From: Paragordius varius
Taxonomy: Eukaryota; Animalia; Nematomorpha
Length of the DNA stretch: 64,000 bases
Direction: 5' to 3'
Assembly: GCA_964247055.1 (NCBI GenBank)
Contig: OZ176055.1
Location: 6,448,001 to 6,512,000, forward strand
The translations under genes were made by a program, and so were the position numbers. Below are positions 22,507 through 35,253 of the stretch, in pieces (the stretch's first letter is position 1; the number at the start of each line of letters is the position of its first letter). The notes beneath the pieces are model-generated. The model did no database searches and was not told where the DNA came from. It saw only the letters and a list, made by a program, of their open reading frames with translations.

Positions 22507-25492
22507 TTAAGCCATATTCATATTGTAACGGATCCAGAAAAAATAATTGCTCACATTTATAAAATAGTGTGGCATATTCCTTAAACACGGGCTTGACTTG
22601 ATCAAGAGTCCAACTAGGTAAAATTGTCCTTTAAACAACATACAAAATATTGGATATAATTCCATAATTTTAAACAGAGTTGTCTAACACAAATGGCTTC
22701 GCGGGCCCCATATAAAATATATATGGGCATTAATAAATATTTAATTAGATTTACAACATAATGCAAACACAATATAACAATTTCTAGTTGGTTGCCAATT
22801 GAATGTACTTATTCAGAAAATTTGTTCAATAAATCAGTTTTGCTTAGATTGTGTGGGCATATTTTTGTAAATTATGGATTTGTAAAAATTTTCGCAGGCC
22901 ACACATACTGTAATGAGGGCCGCATGTAAGACACCCCTGCTCTTAAACGATAAATATCCCATTTTTTGTTTGCAATTTAATTAAAATAATTTTTACCATC
23001 AATTTGACCCATCAAAACGGACCCTGGTGTGTGATGACAACCGTAGTCGTCAATAATTAAGCCACATAATCCAAAATCTTCCGATTGATAATTCAAACGG
23101 GGGCACAATGTCTGGTTGTTTTCGTAATTATTAAACAAGGAAACACTGATAGGTGCATACCTCTCTAAAGAACATACATTAAAAGTTTATTTTAAATAGA
23201 CAAAATGTAAAAACATAAAGACATATTTGAAAAGACCCCTGTTAGTTTTAACTCATTGGTTTAAACAAAGTATTAATTAGAGATGTAAATTATTAACAAA
23301 TTCATTTATATACTAGCGCAAATCTCGTGCTGCTACGCAGCCCGAGAAAGTCCTTCGGACTTCCGGGGGGAGGGGGGCTATTTTTCTATTTTTATAAATA
23401 TATAGATTACCATAAATAATGTTTTAACATCCATATATCCTTTAACATGCTATACATATGATAGATACTCCTTACTCAGCAGCTATCATCAAAGAAACGC
23501 TTGACTAAAATTTTTGCCTTTTAACAGGTAATACGAAAAAACCTCGATTTTTTACAGTCTCATACCTTGGGCAAAAAAATAAAATCAAAAAATTATTTTT
23601 GTGGACTTTGTTTTTTTTGAAAAAAAGTGGCATTTTAGGGGGGTAGCGGGTAAGAGGGCATAAATCAAAAATGTGAGTCGACTATGTTCAGCGCGATTAA
23701 AAATAAGTAAACAAAAATCATATTTGAAATTGAATGGTCCAACACCTTCTCCGGAAAATTGTCCCAACCTGTTTTTTACACGGGGTAGGCCCAAACTGGG
23801 GACCTAATTCCGAAAAAGGGCGAGGCTATTGTCGGGACATTTTTTTATGATTATATTTTTTCGATATTTGGATTTGATTGGGTTCACCGGATTTCTGGAA
23901 TCAGATCACAAGGTTACATGAGGAATCAGTTTTTAGCGGGTAGCTCCTTACCCAGCAGCTATCATCAAAGAAACGCTTGACTAAAATTTTTGTTTTTTAA
24001 CAGGGAATACGTGGAATCCATATTGAATTTTTATGGTCTCATCTAGGGCGAAAATTAGATTTAAAAAATTATTTTTGTGGACTTTTTTTTTGAAAAAAAT
24101 GTTTTACGGGGGGAGCGGGTAAAAAGAAGGCCCAAATCAAAAAAGCGAGACGACTATGTTCGGCGCAATCGATAATAAATAAACAAAAATCATATTTGAA
24201 ATCGAATGGTCAAACACGTTCTCCAGAAAATTGTCTCAAAGACACGATTTTTGTGGACTTCTGTTTTCAAAAAAAACCCGTTTTTCACACGGGGTGGGCC
24301 CGAACTGGGGGCCTATTTCAAAAAAAGGGCGAAGCTATTGTCGGGACATTCATTACTGTGATATTTTTTCGAAGTTTGGATTTGAATGGGTCTACCGGTT
24401 TTCCGGTACCAGATCACAAAGCCAGCATTTTCCATTTTTATAAATATATTGATTATACAATTGTATGTAAATAATTTATACAGAAAAAGATGTAAAAATT
24501 ATGGTTATCTTTTCAAAATATATATTTGTCTTTATATTTTACGTTTTGTCTGGAAAGTTTCAATTTTCACTGTATTAATTGAGATGTATGGTTAACTTGG
24601 TAAAAAACCTAAACCTGTGTAACTTAATCCAGCCACCACTAAATGCGATGAAAATCTTTGACTACTATGTGGTAAGCAAATTGGTAATATACTGGAATCA
24701 AAAATTATTCTGTCTGTTGGAACTAATGGGACATTTACTTTGTGTGGAATGTCCAGACGTCTTTTTATTTTAATCATAACAAGCTTTTCCATCTCCTCGA
24801 TATCAGGCGCCATACCTAAAAGAACACATTAAGTTTATATAAATACGGAAACATAAATTGTTTTTTTGGAATTATTTGATAATGCAACGTTTGTGCACAT
24901 TAATGTTGGTCAATTCACATTACTTTTGATCAATAAATGATACAATAGCCTATAGGTAAAAAACAACACATGGTTGAAATTACATTTTTGTCTTACTTTA
25001 CAACATTAAATTTACTTAACTATGGACCAAGTTTGTTTTATATGATACGCTACTTTATTACCGATTGGTCAGCAATAATTGAATCCAACATTACTGTGCA
25101 TGCAGTAAAAATAGAATATGAACCCATACAGGGGAAGTCTTGCATATAGACAAATTTAGATCATAAAAATATTCGGATTTAATAAAGATAATAAAATTGT
25201 CAGTCCCCATATAATATAAATTAAATCAATATTTAAATGTTATCAAAATATACCCTGGTAATCAATAATATGGTCTATCGAATAATGTCGTTCGCTCACA
25301 TCCCAATGATTAGATGAATAATCGCCAACAATTATGCGGCTCTGAAGATACTCTTGATTATTGGTAATACATTTTTTAACAGTTAGAACCCATTTGTGAT
25401 TGAGTAAAGCCCCTGAACACGTTTTATTATGGGGTGTTTCAATGCGGACCAACCTGTTTTTTAAAAACAATAATGTGTACAATTTACCTCTC

Positions 25493-25523
<31 letters not shown>

Positions 25524-28500
25524 GAATTTAATATGCTTTTTACATTAGATCTCACAAACAATAGTAGAATAGTTAAATTTAAATTTGTACACAATGCGTG
25601 TGTGTGGGACAAAGTTCGAAATCCTTTTCAGTTCTAAGCAGACAAGTGTTAACGTCATCATGAATCCTTAGGTCATTTTAAGTCCTTAGTTATGTGAATG
25701 CGTTGAATTAACTTTTGTGGATAGTTTACTGTCTTATGCCTTATGATGAGAAATTTCAGAGACACAATTTTTATGTGATTTATAATTTCTTGAACATTGT
25801 AAAAAAACTAGGAAGAAAATGCGGTTGTATAAAATGTATTTTTTAAAAGGGTTACGAACCGGAACCGAAACTACATTGAACCGGAACCCGGTTCCTGAAA
25901 TTTAACAAAGACATGGTTATCATAATTTTTAAATTTACTGTCAAATATTAATTCGAATAATTGATCATATCGTAACCTTTTTTTCTTTATCCGATTGAAA
26001 TGGAATTACTATAGTGACATTTTTTTTCTGAATCTTTCCCTTTGACACCTGAAGAAAACCACAAACATAATTATTAACGTCTCTAAAAAGTCTGAACAAA
26101 TTTTATTTTTTAAGTTAATATAAGATTTTGATCCATAGATGCAATAGTTAATGCAATTTCATTTATTACCTAAATTTATACTTATACATTCGAATATTGA
26201 TTTCTTCTAATAAATTATGTTTTGATTCACAATTTATGATCTTTCGGTTTATATATATTAAAAATGTTGCATGTGCATCATTTAATTAAAGTTAGGAATC
26301 AAGAATCGGTTAGGGAACCGTAAAATTTCTACACAACCAACCCGATTCCGGTCAAAATTTTAAGAACCACATCTGTTCCATTTTTACCTTAGTAACGAGG
26401 TAGGTTCCAGCTCCACCTTTTTCGCCCCGGTTTGAAGCCCTGATTATTAAGCGGCCTATTCTATGTGCAAATTATCTGCACAACGGCTTATTCATATGAC
26501 ATTATACACTAATCATATTCTTTAAATAAAAAATTTTGTTATTACGAATTCCGCAATTTTTAAACTGTTTCATCAAGACTAAATTATTGCATAGAGATTT
26601 TATGTGATTTTAAAATATAAATATACCAAGGTACAGGGAAATGTGGAGTTTTTTCAGTCCTTATTTGATCCCATGATGGTGATCCAATTTTACTATATAA
26701 ATCTTGTTTGTGAATTACTCCACAAAATTTTGCTATCATGTATAAAATATTGATATAATTTATTTTTCCAAGCGAGTCATGTAAAAGAAAATCGACAATT
26801 TAAAACCCAAAAGTTTCAATAATTAGGGTTGATAACCCGATAGAATTTGGAACGAGTTTTTCGGCTCTACCAAATTAGAACTTAATCAAATTTATGCGTG
26901 TTTAATCATCATCGAATTCACCAATTTTACGCCACGTTCACCTAAAAATAAATCCAGCTTTGGTTCTATTTTTATTTTCTACCGTTTCTTCAAAAATAAT
27001 CAATGACCCTCTTTAGTTTATTTGATAGGTTTTAATCTGTCATATATCACTTATTTTCCCATGCTTTCCGTAGTTCCGCCACCAATTGGACTTTGTAAAA
27101 AAATACACCAAAAAAATATCCTTTAGTCCTTTCTTTAAAATTTATATGGGTAATAAAAACAATTGCTCCGTCTAGGTAGCGCAAAAACCCTGTCAAAATG
27201 AGTTTTTTTATTTCATTAATTAATTAACTATTTATGAGTGATTTTCAATATGTTTAAACCCTATAGAGTTATAAAAAAAATTTTACAATCGAATTATCGT
27301 TTACAACATTAAATAAATAAAAAATATTATTTCTTGTTTGCACGGATTATTTAGAAAGTTAAACGGTGCATTATGACGTATAATTAAAATAATATTTTCC
27401 AAATCACTATATATTAGTGATATTAGCAATAGATTAAACAATTTTGTTTAGTGAGGGGAAGAAAAAAAATATTTTTTAGGCATTTTAAAATTAAATTTAT
27501 TAAAACTTGAATTGCATTCGGGTCCTGCGCGACTTATACAGTGACAATAATTAAATGAATCACATGATCCATATGAATGATTGGTACAATTGCACTCTAA
27601 AATAATTATTGTAAACGTTTAGCAATCTTTTGTAACGTTAGACAAATATAAATATGTTTATATTATTTTTTCAAATTTCGTCAAACAGATATTAAGTTTC
27701 ATCAAATTTTCGAAAACATACCTTTGTTACACGATTTTCCTGTAAATCCCGGTTTACAGCTACAATAACCAAGGTAGTCACAAACGTTATCAAAAGAATT
27801 ATTGCCACATTTGCATTCTTAAACATATCAGTTAAAATGGATTTATTGTTTAATACAAATAAACGATAAAATTATTTTATATTAATTTAGTGGTTAGCTG
27901 GTTAGACCCAACACTATCAAAAAAACATTATTTGACTTATTAGTAAGAATTTTTGAAGGTATAAATATTGTTAAAAATTGGGTATTTTAAAAGGAGATAC
28001 CATATTCACAAAACTGTCCATAATAGCCAGGATTGCATTTGCAATGACCTTTAGCATCGCACCAATTCGTATCTGAATGTATACACTGGCAAGCTAATAT
28101 TTTTATGATGAAAATCATATAATGCAAAGCCACATTATATAATAATATTTAATTAAATCTGTAAAAAAAATTCATTCGCAGTAGCTCACTATAAATCTTT
28201 ATGGTCACGCTTTAGATTAAAAAAATTATATAACCATAAATAAATACCAATAGTACATCTTAACCCACGGTATCCATCTCTACAATTACATTGGCCATCT
28301 AAATCGCGACAATCGGTCCCCAAACTTGTACAATTATGACACCTGCATTCTATATTAAATCAATTTTAAATTATTTATATTTACTCTTTAAATAAATCTA
28401 CTGCTTTTTATCAATAATTATCAAAGAATATGAATTAAAATAAACTATATATTTACATCTTCCGGATTTGATTTCAATTCAATCTTAATTTGGAACTTAA

Positions 28501-31500
28501 AAAAGAAGGTTATTTGCAGTCTAGAATCTTTATTATCGAATTTCGATTACAAAAATTTAACGCCCTTAACTTTAGGCTTCATCAAGTTGACTAATCCCTA
28601 AAAAACCTTTTTTAATATGTTGTTCACTAATGTAAATAGGAGTATAAAAAATTTTTTCGTCTGACTGGAATATTGACTAAACATTTCAAAATGTCTTTTT
28701 AAGGGATTTTAATATATTTATTGAAAAATTACTAGATTTGTCGCATTAAATCAATTATTTTGCATTCTGTTGGTCAATATCTATTATGATTTAATTAAAT
28801 TCTCAAAAATATAACATTTTAGGAATGTTATTTATATTCTGTCGTCCTGTGTTTTTTACAAAAAGTGATATGGCTGTATGATGATAAATGCTATTTCAAA
28901 AAAATCACACTTGATTTAAATCTGATTTCTGTGAACCTAATTTACCTTGTTCACAAGTTGTCCCAAAATATTTCGGAAGACAAGAACATTGACCATCAAA
29001 GGGACATTCGTTGGTGAGAGATCCGATTTGATTGCAACGACAAACTATTTATCCGTTATTTATAAAATGTTAAACATTGATTACATTACGTTTCGATTAA
29101 CGGTGTATTGGTTTTTCACGATCGAAATTTTTAATTATATCGTCCCATGGAGAATGAAAAAATTATTACCATTTAAACATTTTTATGTACTTAATATGGA
29201 TATTTTAATATGCATGTTATAATTGGATAAAAAAATACTTGGATATATTATTGGGTGTAAATATTTGCTATCTCATTTGATCTGATTTAAATTACATATA
29301 TTTAAATCAAATTATATTATATAGGAATAGATTAGCATGTTTCTTCAAATTCAGTTGTTTTACTAAAATATAAAATATTTTCCAAAATTCTATAAAACAA
29401 AAAATAATTTATTCGTCCGTAACGTTTGTCGCATTTCTTTCCTGCATAATGATTCTTACAACGACACAATCCATCCCAATCGCATTCACGGGATAGTGAG
29501 TGTTCAGAACACTGGCAGTCTAAACGTTAAATATTAAATTAGGAAATGAAAAAAATCGTAAATTTAGTTTACCCAAGGATTGTAAATATGGCAAATAACA
29601 ATTGAAAAAAAAACAGCATTGGTTGTAATCTGTCTGGTATCGGTACAACTTTATAATAAAAATTCACTGAAGGATATCCTGCAAATACATGTAATCAATA
29701 ATACAACCAAGGCTATTCTTTCTTAAGTAAGAATAAAATACCTTGGGGATATAAAAAGATTTATAGGACTTATTTCCAGGATTTACTGATAATATATCTT
29801 ATTCTTTCGAAAATGTTGTTTTAAACAATTCTTAGCAAAAAGGAATATGAAATTTTATATTAGAATGTACTTTAGCCATATTTAGAGTTGAATCCCCAAA
29901 GGGTCGAGAAATAACCGGTCTGACGGCTTAGAAATAAAGTCATTTACGGTCATTGCTACAAACGCCTATATATGTAACAATCAAATAAACAACCAATCAA
30001 ATTAGTTGTTAGTAGTTAATTGCAAAAATCTGTGTTATCGGGTTAAATGTAAATTTATATTCCATCTTTTATATAAAAGAACATATGTTTAAAAGCGGTT
30101 TTAATCACGGTTATAAATGCATACATACATAATCGTCTGACAAGATTTTAATAAAACTCTATAGAGTATTTTCAAAATTACCCAAGGGGCATGTTCTGCC
30201 ATAGTAACCCTGTTTACAATCACATTGACCATTTAAATTTAGGATATGACAGTCATTTATTGTACTTTGATTGGGATGGCAATTGCAAGCTTATAAAAGA
30301 AAATAATAAGTGGTAAATAAAGATATTAATAATTAGGGAGCTTGAAAATTTTTAAATTAGGTTCTATATATATATATATATATATACAGCGAATGGGCTT
30401 CAATAAATAAATTGGCCAAACTCTATATAGAAATTTCAAAATATATGCGTCCAATAATTGAACATGAGTGTTTTGGCCATATCTTTTTATAACATGATGT
30501 AAAAGTTTTAAAATTTGTATCTTATATAAAATACTTAGCCGCTAATTCGTTTAACTCAAAGCATTCAGATAATTGTTTTATCAATGAGTGACAGGTAGCA
30601 TAACAAATGGTAATATAAGAAACCGTTTTATAACCAAAATAAATGCTATTCATAAACTCAAAATATTAGCTGTAGAGTATAGTGATTTCGATTTGTTGCA
30701 AATTCATAAGTATATTTTGGCCAATCGGCTTGTTTAAGAGAGAGAGAAATCAACAATTGTAATGACTTTCAGATTGTCGGTACAGCTTGGTTTGCACCGA
30801 CAAAGATTTCTGAGACCCCTTACATTTTCTGTCATTAGCTGGTATTCCAAGTTGGCCCTCAGATGGCCAAAATAATAAAGTTGCATTATAAGGCATGTGC
30901 CAAACAGGATATTGTGAGTTTGAGTTTGTCAAGTTTTATGTTTTGTTTGATCTTTTCATTAATCAGAATCTTTCTTCATACTACATTTCGAAAGCATTAT
31001 TTATTTACTTTTATTGACCGACACTCTGCAGCGTAATATATGCTTAGGAAGATCAATTGATTAACTCGGTTTTGACTTTAAGTATAATGTCATGTTTATA
31101 ACTATAACTAATTAGATTTCTTAATCGCTTTGACTATTGCTATTTTTCACCTATTGTTAGTCGTATGATCTGTCATTGTATAAGAAATGTAGTACTATAA
31201 AATATAATTTTTTATGAATGTTTGGGTATTATTTTAATTTTCTGAATTTGTTGTACTTAATATATGTATTTAATTATGGTTGAGCAAAATTTTTAACATT
31301 CATTATTGAAATATATAATAAGAGAGTCTCGTTTTGGTCAAGTGAATCTGACATGGAAGAACGATATAGTAGATTTTTATGCCAACATTTTGTCTAAGTT
31401 CCATAAATCCTTGGTGAGAGGTCGCATCCTTATCACATTCCATCATTCGATGATATACAGTTGTGCCATGTGGAGTGAACATGCGAGATGGTTTTAAATA

Positions 31501-33982
31501 TATGGATTTGATTATTTAAATATACATTAAATTAGATGTCTTTAACTTGGCTTTACATTAAAAACTAAATTTTATTTGAGAGGAAATCCTTAAGGATCCC
31601 CACATAACATTTCATACAACAATTATAAAAAAAAGTTTCTACCGAATTATAGGGTTTTAGCATTTTTAGCTTTGTAAATATCAAAGTTTGCAAACTAGAT
31701 TTTTGTATTTTGAAACTATATTTTATTTTGTATCCTTTTTTTAGTTTAATTTTATTTTTATTATCATGGATTTTCTATTACAGCTCACTGCGGATAAAAC
31801 AGTTTTTTGGAATTACAAAGTGCTACATGACTCAAATTTTCGTATTCTAAACAGCTACATTTTTGAACCTATTTTACTATTTATTATGAAATTGATAAAA
31901 AAAATACCCAATGAGCAATATTTTCCATAATACCCAATTTTACATAGGCAAGTATTATTACTGTCGCAATCTAAGGATTGAAGTGCGTTACAATAGCAAG
32001 GATCTATTTGTGATTCACAAAAAATTAAAATATTTTATGTTACATAAACATATAAAACAGGAGGGGTCAACACATGGCCCGCGGGCCGCAAGTAGTTTTC
32101 CGAGACTTTATGTGAGTCCCGTGGAAAATTCGAAAATTTAGATGTTGTAAATTAACTCCAAATTTTGGAATGATATTTCTTAAAAAAATTAAATAATACC
32201 CAATCGACAAAAACTAGAAAAAATTGTCATATTTTGTCGACATTTTACAGTCTTTGGTTTTAAATCTAATTAATTATTTATGAATGCCCATACATATATT
32301 ACATATATTATATATATGTATATATATATCACTGTGTGCAAAGAGATTTTTAACAAAAGTTTTTTATGAGTAAGCTTACAGCAATTTTATTTGCCTCACA
32401 ATTTTTTATTTGTTGCCGACCTAGTTTTTGAAATATTGAGAGAAAATCATTGGCTAAAAAGTGAAAATTAAGGATAATTAAAGATAATTAAAAAAATAAT
32501 GATAAAACCTGAGGTATTATGGATAATTATCGGTTTAGCCGATATTTACAATTTATAATTAGCCTAAATCATATAGTTAGGGTTTTTTAAAACTCAGATC
32601 AAAAATCGCGTTCTTTTAGATAAAAGACAAAAAATTTTTGAGGAAACTATACTAAAATATTTTTTAAATTATTTACAAGCTAAACCCAATATTAAAATCT
32701 TAACCATATTTTCTCAGTAAAAAAATATATTAAAAACCAAAAAAATGTTGTTTTTTATTTTTTCATATATGGTTCATGAGTGTATAAAAAATTTACTGGT
32801 TTATTTTGGAGTCTTACATAGGCGGGAAATATTAAGTATACAAATTAATACAATACAGGATTTACAAGTAAGAAGATATTAACCGAAAATCAGTACTGTT
32901 ACAGGGATTTTTACGGATTGTTGTTTATTCCAGTCTTTTTAAATCCTATTTTGCATAAATTTATATACTTTATAATTCCTGCTTATGTAAGATTCCAAAA
33001 TAAAAGGGTAAGTTTTTAATACCTCATATTATATGACAAAAAAAGTTAAAAAATAAAAAACAATTTTTTTTATTTCATTTTAATATAGTTTTTTTTACCG
33101 AATAAAATATGGATGTTTAGATTTTAATAGTGATAGCTTGTAAATAATTAATTAAAATATTTAATTATAGTCTCATAAATTTTTTTTATCTAGTGTGTTA
33201 AAAGAATAACGCGATTTTTTGATCTAAGTTTTAATAAAAACCCTAAATATATCATTTAAGGCTATTTATAAATTGAAAATATCTGCGAAAATGATATTTC
33301 ACCATAATATCTCAGGTTTTATCATTATTTTTTTAATTATCCTTAATCTTTACCCATTTTTTTTCTTAATATTTCAAAAACTAGGTCGTCAAAAATTTAA
33401 ATTGTTTGCGGCAAATGAATTCGCTGGTCATTAGTTATCTCATGAAAATAATTTCTTTTGGTAAAAAAATTAACCCTCCTTTTTGCAATATATATAAATA
33501 TATTTATCAAATGCGGCTAGCCTGCTAACATTTGTGTTGGACACCCCTGATATAAACGATTTGTAATACGCTCAATACTAGTAAAATATAATAATATTTA
33601 TGTCTGTTTATATCCATATAAATAACTTTTATCCAAGCCTACCTAACAGCATGACAATTTTATTTAATTCATTTAAAATAAACAGAATCATGTTAGGTTT
33701 AGTTCATGATAGGATCAGACGCCATGACAAATAATTACAATTTAACCGATTTCACAAATTATATTTCATATGAAGTTGTGTAATTTGAAAAATTTTGAAC
33801 TTTTACTCGCTTAAATTCAAAAAATATCGTTTATTATTTTTTTATTTAGATTAGAATCAATAATTTTTTATAAATTCAGCCGATTTATGTTGTTAATATA
33901 AATATTATAATAATTTACTATATGGACTTTGTGCGATTGAAACGGATATTAATGCAAAAGTTAGGGAATAATAGATGATCAT
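22507..33982 (-). CDS. Secreted serine-protease homolog: signal peptide, 8 laminin-EGF-like 6-Cys modules and a catalytically dead trypsin domain (copy 1, 14 exons, 546 aa, intact)
   Basis: Exons 33982-33919 (MIIYYSLTFALISVSIAQSPY), 32003-31908, 30289-30182, 29519-29424, 29044-28946, 28349-28248, 28093-28001, 27817-27722, 27596-27507, 26732-26627, 25453-25254, 24815-24615, 23164-22997 and 22628-22507 join in frame (1641 nt) with GT-AG ends. Trypsin landmarks: CSGALLNHKWVLTVKKC, LPICLP, YLVGLL, INVSNYFFWI. Confidence 0.82.
22675..22939. mobile_element. hAT-type MITE copy in the last intron of the protease homolog
   Basis: cagagttgtctaacacaaatggcttcgcggg ... gggccgcatgtaagacacccctg. Confidence 0.65.
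23313..24452 (-). mobile_element. Non-autonomous Helitron-like insertion(s) with two ~480-bp internal units
   Basis: On the minus strand: hairpin ctcgggctgcgtagcagcacgag, 7 nt, then CTAG-T at 23313-23346. TC-type 5' ends lie near 23406 and 24452. Units ~23465-23935 and ~23940-24450 are homologous to each other and to 40160-40663 and 45700-46130. Confidence 0.6.
32385..33425. repeat. ~1-kb degenerate palindrome (foldback element, ~500-bp arms) inside a hAT MITE
   Basis: 32385-32870 is the reverse complement of 32935-33425 (e.g. gacctagtttttgaaatatt / aatatttcaaaaactaggtc). hAT-like ends lie at ~32060 and ~33549. Confidence 0.75.
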
Positions 33983-34243
33983 ATTTTTAAAATATTAATA
34001 ATCATATTTTTCAAAAATCATGCTAAACTATGCACAATTTCTGCAGGTCAAATAAATGTAAAAACGTTTTATACATTATTTATCAACATACATATATAAA
34101 TTGATAGGATTTTACAAGGTAAGGTTGGTAAACTGTTATTTAATAGGTTAAAACTATTACATTTATTATGGTTCGTTAAATGTAATAATTAAGTTTACAT
34201 TTGCTTCAAAACATATCTCTATTGATATTCAATTAGTATTGTA

Positions 34244-34498
34244 CAGGGGTGTCCAATACATGGCCTTTCAAAATAATTCTGCAACCCGCGAGAAATTTCA
34301 AATAAAATTTTTTTACAAAGTCTTAGAATTGATACTCTTAAATTCTGAACAAGTCTTTTGGAATTCGCAACGAACTAGCAAATAATTTTGTTTAACACTA
34401 ATAAAATATTTGTTAATTCTTTCATATTTTACGAATTCGGCCTGTCAATATTTTCGATCCGAAAATGTGGGCCAGCCATTTGTGTTGGACAGCCCTTG
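34244..34498. mobile_element. hAT-type MITE copy
   Basis: caggggtgtccaatacatggcc ... tgtgttggacagcccttg. Confidence 0.65.
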
Positions 34499-34670
34499 AC
34501 TTCATTCAGTACGGGGAAAATTTGCATGGGAGGGGGCGGTGCAAAAGGCTATTTTCGGAAAATTCGCAGTATGTAGGAGAGGAGTGCTTATTTAAGATGT
34601 TCCTCCATTAGAAAAAAATAAAAATTTAACCATGTATATCTAAATTTTAATGAATCCAATTATCCATAAG

Positions 34671-34714
<44 letters not shown>

Positions 34715-34900
34715 AAGTAGAAATATAATTATTTATAAAATTTACTCAACTTAAATTTTTTTGGGGCCGTTCAATGGAACGAAGCTCTAGGCAAAATTAT
34801 TACCTCTCAACTTATACATATTCCTTAAAATATACCATTGATTGTTTGTTTGTTTGCTATGAACTATTCATAAATTTCAATTATGTTCACAAAATCTTAG

Positions 34901-34937
<37 letters not shown>

Positions 34938-35253
34938 TATAAAATAATTTTTTTAAATAAGTCTATCTAACTGGCAAGAATCAGAAAAAAATGTTATATT
35001 GTGTTTGCATTTTAGAGTTTTATGTTTAAAAACTAATAAATTATTTGTGAATGCCTGCATAGATAAATATATATATAGACACAAATATTTTATTAGAATT
35101 TAAACATAAGATTGTAAAATCTACTATTTATTTTAACTACCTTTTGCTACTTCATTACCGGAAATAGGTTAGATTTTAGAATAAATTTTAATTGGATTTC
35201 GTAAAATTTTGAATTTAAAATTCCTCGCCGGCATTTATTATATATGAATGTAG

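Noticed and set aside
23585-24595. Several 69-92 aa ORFs inside the GC-richer repeat (also 39686-40463)
   Set aside because: They lie within a non-autonomous repeat family, frames are not conserved between copies, and there are no Rep/helicase or transposase motifs.
34670-34712. (AT)n tracts here and at many other positions
   Set aside because: These are ordinary microsatellites in an AT-rich genome.
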